32,000 bases of DNA, from contig NZ_LN831024.1 in assembly GCF_001457615.1 (NCBI RefSeq), positions 5,970,001 to 6,002,000 on the forward strand. The letters are read 5' to 3'. The stretch comes from Pseudomonas aeruginosa (GTDB taxonomy: Bacteria; Pseudomonadota; Gammaproteobacteria; Pseudomonadales; Pseudomonadaceae). Both the position numbers and the translations under genes were made by a program. Below the pieces are notes generated by a model. The model was not told where the DNA came from. It saw only the letters and a program-made list of their open reading frames with translations, and did not search any database. Of the stretch, positions 11,001 to 17,118 are shown piece by piece (positions within the stretch are counted from its first letter, which is position 1; each line of letters begins with the position of its first letter).

Positions 11001-11354
11001 GAGATCGACTTCGAACAGGTTGCCCTTGCCATCACATTCCAGTTCGCGCCACAACTTGCCGTCCTGGAACAGGTAGATCCGTCCCGCCCGCGGTAGCGCG
11101 CCGGCGGGCAGCTGGTCGCCATAACCGGCCTTGCCCAGCGTTGGCAGGCGGACCAGCGGCATCACAGCCAGGAAGGTGTTCTGCTGGATACGCTCGTGCT
11201 CCTCATGGCCGAGCATATCGCTGGCCACCGGAATCTGCAGGATACCGCCGTCCTGTCGCTCGACGTTCAATGCCAGTCGTGCACGCCGATCGTTCTGGTA
11301 GGCGGTGCGCTTGCGCACGCCTTCGTCGATACTCTGGTCCTGGAATCCGCTCAT
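8085..11354 (-). CDS. Putative VasX-like T6SS membrane-acting effector (PA5265-like)
   Basis: 1089-aa ORF directly downstream of vgrG with a 4-nt overlap. N-terminal region contains LPAGALPRAGRIYLFQDGKLWRELECDGKGNLFEVDL, resembling VasX-type N-termini. Hydrophobic helices toward the C-terminus (GAATLFGAGISVW; AAAYGVAAVGGGLWGAYVLGWIVNPYALLAGAVLAIGGTVVANLL). Confidence 0.65.
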   Translation of the reverse strand: MSGFQDQSIDEGVRKRTAYQNDRRARLALNVERQDGGILQIPVASDMLGHEEHERIQQNTFLAVMPLVRLPTLGKAGYGDQLPAGALPRAGRIYLFQDGKLWRELECDGKGNLFEVDLLQGRSQRADKRPAVGKTQALILVPVLVKGQFVIPRYTMAYSETPWPWSYIDWLEEDPQRVNRRCQQMASAWNASVANQHWKASIHQPALVIDHHAQGLRPRDFNVESALEDPAEFTPAFAAFREESLVCQLQRRQQELAPLLKQAPPSALPTLEAGEDVLETLKLRGHPNLIGLMLDDSLFALRHAAAQARHCAAYLRSLNALLPHRPNGRYAQVLSNMLDGPLAKLRGEVDQAELDEAIFAEERQSCRIHLTQQVEHLVALLEGPLHPVLQDWTHQCDEALLEPYSLMSEALAALNQLPDRCDALYSGTAYRALAAHVERVVSTVLQASHPLGAMLLAKDEGQLPEPVRRLQALRDSPRTPDPDAMGLSTLMLGASLLGEVDQPSAGKSLAYFLGDLLDVFGASVVEQLGRLSQGATQIQLDRLFAPTFNTLSALSVKMKGIRLLPDSQVPLDMVVVGVRGAGLRNGLTEVERQELRRKSYRRAIVQDGAGNPLAGTSPRDTGMSRANLRNVMVVAVPKDHPDLLAYTKFRTQLGTLTQVMENTRIVPTMMLGFAIYNLNVQVQAYSGFVDSGEKHRGTIGAVGAVIDLTAAGGSHAKLLFGPSTAKYLETPRISVAQISPRWARNLEVQTGSPKLGLLRGLGGAATLFGAGISVWDGYRALRQGDSDAAAAYGVAAVGGGLWGAYVLGWIVNPYALLAGAVLAIGGTVVANLLTDSDAETIVKKGPFGRQFAEAGLLDSLMGQDQRFAHLKDPQTAYRQLLGVLGHPRVFVHRLEDWRKLAPAAHRSVLQEAERGRQAVSRTALSCIDPKLQALEANDWAVVLSSPLLAMFENGQKAFRLVAQEFLSSLPIDPGTLFGVKRYHRVPAGPAKLEALPLDAASVLYVLPASLPIPQLSPRARYSMRMTQGLKISAQFELNADQPEQRLVLPQPSPKSWSAFTSANRYLPPDDLGPHAAPPYWLIENSEFNV

Positions 11355-13426
11355 GCCTCGCGCTCCGGTGGCAACAGTACGACCTGGCTTCCTTGCGCCG
11401 GGTCTCCCCAGACATCGACGATCAATTGTTCCGGCCCCTTCCGCTCGGGACGGCTACGCGCCGGGTTGTCCAGTACCTGGCCCGCTGTCGCCGCATCCGC
11501 GTCGAGCGGCGGCCCCGGCAACAGCGGCGCCGCGCCGCTGCCGTTGCCCGGGCTGCCGCCGGAGTTGACCCGGACGTTGGCCCCGGAGAGGGTCACGCCG
11601 CTGGCGTCGAGCTTGAGGAAGCTGCCGCCGCCCTTGAGGGTCAGTTCGGCGCCGGCCTCCAGCACCACCTTCAGACCGCTGCTCAGGTGGATCTCCTGGC
11701 CGGCCTCGACGAACTGGCCGCTGGCGATCTTCAGGTGCTGGTCGTTGGCTACGGTGAGGTGGTCGCTGGCTCGGACCTCCACCTTGCGCTCGGCGTGGGT
11801 GGTGCGGTGTTCCTCGGCCTTGAACTCGCTGTAGCTGTTCGCCTGCACGGTGTCGTGGCGTTGGTGACCGACGCGGATCTTCTGGTCGTGCTCGATGTTT
11901 TCGTCCCAGTCGCGCTGGGCATGGACGAAGATCTGCTCCTGGCCCTTGCGGTCCTCGATGCGCAGCTCGTTGTAGCCACCGCCGCCAGGGCTGCTGAGGC
12001 TCTTGAAGACGCTGCGGGTCTTGTGCCCCGGCAGTTCGTAGGGCACCGGATGTTCCCTGTGAAACAGGCAGCCGGTGACCAGCGGCTGGTCGGGATCGCC
12101 TTCGAGGAAGGTCACCAGCACCTCCATGCCGACCCGCGGGATGGCGATGGCACCGTAGTTCCTTCCCGCCCAGCCGGAGGCAACGCGTAACCAGCAACTG
12201 CTGCTGTCGTCGGCCTGGCCCTCGCGATCCCAGTGGAATTGCACCTTCACCCGACCGTAGCGATCGCAGTGGATTTCCTCGCCCTTCGGGCCGGTCACCA
12301 CCGCGCTCTGCGTGCCGAGGATGCGCGGCTTCGGCGGCGTCAGCGGGGGACGGAAGAACGCCTCCCAGGGCGTGGCCTGGAAGCGGTTGCGGTAACCCTG
12401 CCGGAAGTCGTCCGGGCTCGCCGAGGCATCGGAGACGATGCTTTCCTCCAGCACCTGAGGCTGCCGCCCCTCGTGAATCACCTCAGTGAGCAGCCAGAGG
12501 TCGTTCCAGCCCGCCTGGGGATGGGCGGCCAGCGGCAGGAAGTGGCCGCTGAGCAGCAACGGTTGGTCGCTGCGGCCCTCGGCCAGGCGGTAGTCGCTGC
12601 GCTGCCGTTCGAGGGCACGCCTGGCCAGGTGCTTGCCGCGCTCGCGGTCGACGAAGCGACCGGGATAGTCGTAGTCCTCGAGGTCCGGCCGGGCTTCGCC
12701 GCGGGCGGCGCTTTCCAGCGTCAGGCGCGGTTTCTCGAAGTCGTAGTCGCGGCGGGTGACGCGGCTGGTGCGGGTTTCCAGGCGTACGCCGAAGCGCTTG
12801 ACCGCCGGCCGGTCGGCGACCAGGCCGGAGTCCTGCTGGTAGGCCACCGGCGCGAGCCGCGGGAACACCGTCTGGTCGTCGCCGAACACCAGCAGGTGCG
12901 CCGTGGCGCTGTGCTGGAAATGAAAGTGGATGCCCTCCTCGCAGCACAGGCGCTGGATGAACTGCAGGTCGCTCTCGTCGTACTGCACGCAGTATTCGCG
13001 CTCGGGGTAGCGGGTGCCGAGCTGGAAGCGGTAGGCGTCGGGGAGGATGCCGTGTTCCTCCAGCACCCGGCCGACGATCTGCGGCACCGTGAGGTGCTGG
13101 AAGATGCGCTGGTTGGTGCGCTGGGCGAGGTAGGCCAGTTGCGGGACGAGGGTGATGCGGTAGCGGGTCAGGCGCTTGCCCGAGTCGCCCTGTCCGGCGC
13201 TGCGCACCAGGCCGTGGATACCGTTGCCGGCGGGCCCGAGGGTAAGGAAGGCGGGTTTGTGCAGCAGGCTTTCGAGGTCCGGCACGGGGCGTTCGCCGAC
13301 CAGCTCCAGGTCGAAGGCGAACGGCTGGCTGATGGCTTCGCGGCCGCTGAAGGAGAGCACCTGCAGGTCGAGGGCGAGGCCGTCGATGGCGAGGCTGAAA
13401 TGGGTCTGGTTGGCTGCTGCGAACAT
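11351..13426 (-). CDS. vgrG: Type VI secretion system tip protein VgrG (PA5266-like)
   Basis: From ATG 13426: MFAAANQTHFSLAIDGLALDLQVLSFSGREAISQPFAFDLELV...; VgrG hallmarks YRITLVPQLAYLAQRTNQRIFQ, CQYDESDLQFIQRLCCEEGIHFHFQH, GRVKVQFHWDREG, IPRVGMEVLVTFLEGDPDQPLVTG; C-terminal extension to ...PERKGPEQLIVDVWGDPAQGSQVVLLPPEREA. Confidence 0.95.
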   Translation of the reverse strand: MFAAANQTHFSLAIDGLALDLQVLSFSGREAISQPFAFDLELVGERPVPDLESLLHKPAFLTLGPAGNGIHGLVRSAGQGDSGKRLTRYRITLVPQLAYLAQRTNQRIFQHLTVPQIVGRVLEEHGILPDAYRFQLGTRYPEREYCVQYDESDLQFIQRLCCEEGIHFHFQHSATAHLLVFGDDQTVFPRLAPVAYQQDSGLVADRPAVKRFGVRLETRTSRVTRRDYDFEKPRLTLESAARGEARPDLEDYDYPGRFVDRERGKHLARRALERQRSDYRLAEGRSDQPLLLSGHFLPLAAHPQAGWNDLWLLTEVIHEGRQPQVLEESIVSDASASPDDFRQGYRNRFQATPWEAFFRPPLTPPKPRILGTQSAVVTGPKGEEIHCDRYGRVKVQFHWDREGQADDSSSCWLRVASGWAGRNYGAIAIPRVGMEVLVTFLEGDPDQPLVTGCLFHREHPVPYELPGHKTRSVFKSLSSPGGGGYNELRIEDRKGQEQIFVHAQRDWDENIEHDQKIRVGHQRHDTVQANSYSEFKAEEHRTTHAERKVEVRASDHLTVANDQHLKIASGQFVEAGQEIHLSSGLKVVLEAGAELTLKGGGSFLKLDASGVTLSGANVRVNSGGSPGNGSGAAPLLPGPPLDADAATAGQVLDNPARSRPERKGPEQLIVDVWGDPAQGSQVVLLPPEREA

Positions 13427-13589
13427 CCGTTGTCCCTCACTGGCGCAGGCGACCGATTCGATTGTCCTGCCTGGCGCGGGCGAGACAAGGGCGCGCAGGC
13501 TCGATCGGAAGCTGCCTACAACAAACAAAGCGGCATCGACCCGGCGCGGGCTTTCCTGGCCACGGCGCTATGGGTCATCGAGGGCACGA

Positions 13590-13608
13590 CGGCCAGCGAG
13601 GCTGGCCG
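13590..13608. terminator. Small hairpin between hcp and vgrG, possible attenuator or processing stem
   Basis: CGGCCAG-CGAGG-CTGGCCG, 7-bp perfect stem with no T-tract, in the roughly 200-nt hcp-vgrG gap. Confidence 0.3.
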
Positions 13609-13625
13609 CGTGCGGCGGTCGCGGC

Positions 13626-14144
13626 TCAGCCGGCGACCGGGGAGCGCCAGTCGTCGGAGCCGGAGGTGCCGGAGACTTCGTGGGTCCAGGTGATCTTGCG
13701 GTAGGTGAAGTGCACGTCTTCCAGGTGGGTGAAGTGGGCGTTGCCCGGGTCCTGGCAGTTGTGCATGTAGTCCTTGATGTCGACGATGATCGCGTCTTCC
13801 AGGACGGTGGTGTAGTAGTGCTCCTGGGTGCCGGCGGCGGAGGTGCGGTACCACTGGATCTCCACCTTGGTCAGGCGCTCGCCGGAGGTCAGGGCGGCCA
13901 GCAGCAGCGGCGAGGCCTTGTCGAAGACCTTGGTGATGACCACCGGCTTGTGCACGCGCTGGCCGGTCGGCTGGCCGGACTGCGGGTCGCGCGGGATGAT
14001 CACTTCGTGGTTGAAGCCCTGGACCATCACCTGGTCCTCGTGGCCTTCCTGGTAGGTGTTGCCGACCGAATCCTCGGTGAAGGCGCCGGCGGTGATCAGG
14101 CCCTGCTTGGTGCCGGTGATGGACATATAGGCGGGGGTTGCCAT
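13626..14144 (-). CDS. hcpB: Hcp-family T6SS tube protein
   Basis: 172 aa from ATG 14144: MATPAYMSITGTKQGLITAGAFTEDSVGNTYQEGHEDQVMVQGFNHEVIIPRDPQSGQPTGQRVHKPVVITKVFDKASPLLLAALTSGERL..., classic Hcp sequence. Identity as hcpB is inferred from locus context. Confidence 0.95.
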   Translation of the reverse strand: MATPAYMSITGTKQGLITAGAFTEDSVGNTYQEGHEDQVMVQGFNHEVIIPRDPQSGQPTGQRVHKPVVITKVFDKASPLLLAALTSGERLTKVEIQWYRTSAAGTQEHYYTTVLEDAIIVDIKDYMHNCQDPGNAHFTHLEDVHFTYRKITWTHEVSGTSGSDDWRSPVAG

Positions 14145-14202
14145 GGATGCATTCCTTGTCAGTGGTAGCCGGGACGACATGTCCTGGTGCGGCAGCTACC
14201 CA

Positions 14203-14217
14203 ACAAGCTTCGTGCCA
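14203..14217 (-). promoter_or_regulatory. Candidate sigma-54 (RpoN) -24/-12 promoter for hcp-vgrG-effector-immunity
   Basis: Minus strand reads TTGGCACGAAGCTTGTT, against consensus YTGGCACGrNNNTTGCW; the only mismatch is C to T in the -12 element. Located about 60 nt upstream of the hcp ATG. Confidence 0.65.
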
Positions 14218-14298
14218 ATAAAATATTTACCTTTTAAATCAAACTCTTGAAGAATCTCCCGGCCCGCACGAACGCTTTCCCCTGGGTTTACCCCGAAA

Positions 14299-14344
14299 AA
14301 GTGAGCAAGTTGTTGCACAGTGCTATGCAAAAACTTGCTCACTT
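14299..14344 (-). terminator. Imperfect 19-bp inverted repeat; candidate intrinsic terminator of corA
   Basis: Plus strand AAGTGAGCAAGTTGTTGCA (14299-14317), 8-nt loop, TGCAAAAACTTGCTCACTT (14326-14344), 18/19 paired. On the minus strand the outer arm is followed by a short T run (CACTTTTTCGGGG). Confidence 0.6.
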
Positions 14345-14436
14345 CATCGAAGACCCCGTCAGGCCTTGGCCCCAGCGTGGTATCCACAGCTTTTCCCGAA
14401 GTTATCCAGCAAAAAGTTGCACACCTGCCGAGTGCC

Positions 14437-15417
14437 TCAGAGCCAGTTCTTGAACTTGAACCAGAGGTACGGAAGGATCGCCGATACCACCATCATCCCC
14501 AGCGCCATCGGATAGCCGATGGACCAGTCCAGCTCGGGCATGTCCTTGAAGTTCATGCCGTAGACCGTGCCCACCAGGGTCGGCGGCAGGAACAGTACGG
14601 CGGCGATGGAGAACACCTTGATGATGCTGTTCTGCTCGATGTTGATCAGGCCAAGGGTCGCGTCGAGGAGGAAGTTGATCTCGGTGGACATCTTCGCCAG
14701 GTACTCGTCCAGCGAGCGCACATCGCGCTCCACGGTCTTCGCCAGCACCTTGGCCGGCTCGGAAAGCCAGCCGTTGCAACCCTGGCGGAAATAGCTGTTC
14801 ATCCGATTGATGCTGAGCAGGCTGTCGTTGAGCTTGGACAGCAGCGAGCTGCTGCGCCCGAGGTGCTTGATGATCTGCTGCAGGTCGGTCTTCGGCTTGC
14901 GGGTCTGGGCGGTGGACTCGGCGAAGATCTCCCGCGACATGCTGCTCAGTTGCCCCTGTACGGCCTCCAACACGTCGGCGATGCGGTCCACCAGGCTGTC
15001 CATCATCAGGGCGAACAACTGGGTGCTGCTGCGGTTGGCGTCGAGCTGGCGGATGCAGCGGTTCTCGAACTCGCGGAACGAACGCAGGTCGGCGTAGCGC
15101 ACGGTAATCAGCCATTTCTCGCTGAGGACGAAGGTCACTTCCTCTGTGCTCGGCCGGTGCTCGGTGATCCCGCCGACCACCGAAGTGGTCATGTAGAGGA
15201 CGTTGCCGTCCTCGTAGAAGCGCGACGAATCCTCGATCTCGGCCATCTCCTCGCGGGTCGGGATGTTCACCTGCAGGTGGGATTCGAGCAGGCGCTCCTC
15301 TTCGGGGGTCGGGTGATGCAGGTCGATCCACAGGGTGCCCGGCGGCAACCCCCGCTGGGCATCGTCGTGCTGGCGTCGCTCCAGGCGGTCGCCGGAAAGG
15401 ATGTAATAGGTGATCAT
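14437..15417 (-). CDS. corA: CorA-family magnesium/cobalt transporter
   Basis: C-terminal signature VGTVYGMNFKDMPELDWSIGYPMALGMMVVSAILPYLWFKFKNWL (GMN motif, two TMs). Start assigned to MITYYILSGDRLERR at 15417; longer starts are possible. Confidence 0.9.
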   Translation of the reverse strand: MITYYILSGDRLERRQHDDAQRGLPPGTLWIDLHHPTPEEERLLESHLQVNIPTREEMAEIEDSSRFYEDGNVLYMTTSVVGGITEHRPSTEEVTFVLSEKWLITVRYADLRSFREFENRCIRQLDANRSSTQLFALMMDSLVDRIADVLEAVQGQLSSMSREIFAESTAQTRKPKTDLQQIIKHLGRSSSLLSKLNDSLLSINRMNSYFRQGCNGWLSEPAKVLAKTVERDVRSLDEYLAKMSTEINFLLDATLGLINIEQNSIIKVFSIAAVLFLPPTLVGTVYGMNFKDMPELDWSIGYPMALGMMVVSAILPYLWFKFKNWL

Positions 15418-15518
15418 GTCGGGTATCGCTACCTTCGCGGCCATCCGTTGGCCAAGCAGGGTGGACAACTTCCCGCCGCCGCACAAGCGGTACTTTGCGC
15501 CAGAACGAGGAACGCCCG

Positions 15519-15794
15519 ATGAGCGAACAGGACGACAACCAGGAAGACGGCTTCGCCGAGGAAAAACTGATCCAGGCCATCGAGAACCAGATCGAAAGCG
15601 AGAATCCGCCGGCGGCGCGCGCCGTGTTCAACAAGCTGACCCTGGTCGGCTACGAGCGCGACGAGGCGCTGGGCATGATGGCCTACGTGCTGGCCCACGA
15701 GATCAACGCCATGCTCGCCGCCGACCGCGCTTTCGACAGCGCCGGCTACGAGCATGCGCTGCGTGCCCTGCCGACGTTGCCGGACGACGAATGA
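15519..15794 (+). CDS. Small conserved hypothetical protein (PA5269-like)
   Basis: 91 aa: MSEQDDNQEDGFAEEKLIQAIENQIESENPPAARAVFNKLTLVGYERDEALGMMAYVLAHEINAMLAADRAFDS... Confidence 0.8.
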   Translation: MSEQDDNQEDGFAEEKLIQAIENQIESENPPAARAVFNKLTLVGYERDEALGMMAYVLAHEINAMLAADRAFDSAGYEHALRALPTLPDDE

Positions 15795-15926
15795 GCGGAG
15801 CCGGGCCGACTGGTGCCGGCGAATGCCCCTCGTATCCATGCGGTTTTGTTTCGCCAAACGCCTGCCGCTCTGGTAGAAAGGTGGCGCCCACTCTCCGTGC
15901 CACCTGCTTTCGCGGAGCGATACCGG

Positions 15927-16694
15927 ATGCGATCCTGGTTCCACTTCCTGCCCATCTGCCTGCTGCTGGCCCTTTCCGGCCCGGCAGCGGCCGTCCCGAC
16001 AGAACCCCTGGTGCTCGGCGCCGAAGACGACTGGTATCCCTATACCGCCTACAAGGACGGCCGCATCCAGGGCATGAGCGCGGACATCGTGCGGGCCGCC
16101 TTCAGGGCTGCGGACACGCCGGTCCAGCTCAATCCCTACCCCTACTCCCGCTGCATGAAGCTGGCCCTGAAAGGCTTGATCGCCGGCTGCTTCAACACCT
16201 CGCCGAACCCGCACATCCTCGCCGACTACCGTCTGCCCCGGCATCCGTTGTTCCGCGCGGAGATCCAGCTCTGGGCGCGACGCGACGAAGCGCGGCCGGT
16301 GAATGCGGAGCAGGCGCTGAGCGGACGGAAAGTCGCGGTGACCCTCGGTTATGAATACGGCGACGGCTTCGATCGCCGCCACGACCTGGTGCGCATCCCG
16401 GTGCGCAAGGACTACTACGGTTTCCTCATGCTCCAGCGCGGCCGCGTCGACTACGCCCTGGCCTACCGCAATACGGCTCGCCAGTTGTTCAGCGAACATC
16501 CCGAACTGGAAGGCCAGTTCCAGCCGGTGACCACGGTCCACCGCCCGGAGCTGTACCTGTCGTTCTCGCGCCGCCACCCGCAGGCCGAGCATCTGCTCGA
16601 ACGCTTCGACCTCGGCATGCAGCGCATCCTCGCCAGCGGCGAGTACCAGAAGATCCTCGACGGCTGGAGCCAGGCCGCCGACGCTACGCCCTAG
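15927..16694 (+). CDS. Periplasmic solute-binding protein, transporter family 3-like
   Basis: 255 aa with signal peptide MRSWFHFLPICLLLALSGPAAA, then LVLGAEDDWYPYTAYKDGRIQGMSADIVRAAF..., typical of the SBP_bac_3 fold. Confidence 0.8.
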   Translation: MRSWFHFLPICLLLALSGPAAAVPTEPLVLGAEDDWYPYTAYKDGRIQGMSADIVRAAFRAADTPVQLNPYPYSRCMKLALKGLIAGCFNTSPNPHILADYRLPRHPLFRAEIQLWARRDEARPVNAEQALSGRKVAVTLGYEYGDGFDRRHDLVRIPVRKDYYGFLMLQRGRVDYALAYRNTARQLFSEHPELEGQFQPVTTVHRPELYLSFSRRHPQAEHLLERFDLGMQRILASGEYQKILDGWSQAADATP

Positions 16695-16736
16695 TCCAAC
16701 TACACTCACCGGTGCTCAACACCGCAAGGAGCCGAC

Positions 16737-16970
16737 ATGGCCTTCACTCCCGAGCTGATCGACGAACTGGAACTGCTGGCGCTCTTCAACCTGAACAACA
16801 CCCAGGAAGGACTTAAGGTCCATCACACCGCCGACGGCAAGGCCGTCGCCGCCGCCCGACGCCTGCACGACAAGGGGCTGATCGACCAGCCCGACGGCGG
16901 CTACCTGACCAGTCTGGGGCTGGACGCCGCGGAGCAGGCACAGGGCCTGCTGACCATCCTCAAGGGTTGA
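16737..16970 (+). CDS. Small conserved protein (TIGR02647-like)
   Basis: 77 aa: MAFTPELIDELELLALFNLNNTQEGLKVHHTADGKAVAAARRLHDKGLIDQPDGGYLTSLGLDAAEQAQGLLTILKG. Confidence 0.8.
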   Translation: MAFTPELIDELELLALFNLNNTQEGLKVHHTADGKAVAAARRLHDKGLIDQPDGGYLTSLGLDAAEQAQGLLTILKG

Positions 16971-17118
16971 CGGAAGCGGCCATCGCGACCTGCTCCCGAC
17001 AGGCCGCGACGGTTGCCCCGGTTCGCGGTGCGGCGCTCAAGCCGCCGCGCTTCCGGGCGATACAATGGCATGACCGGAGCCAGGCACGGCGCCTGGCCTT
17101 GCCTGTGCCCGGACGCCC

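Noticed and set aside
14196-14387. Short ORFs on both strands (14196..14387 minus and 14247..14453 plus) with similar peptides (VSKFLHSTVQQLAHFF / VSKLLHSAMQKLAHFI)
   Set aside because: The similarity is fully explained by the inverted repeat at 14299-14344 being read in both directions; intergenic noncoding region is more likely.
14373-14406. Possible DnaA-box pair (TATCCACAG, TTATCCAGC) suggesting a replication origin or plasmid remnant
   Set aside because: Only two imperfect boxes and no rep/dnaA gene nearby; likely chance in an AT-richer intergenic block.
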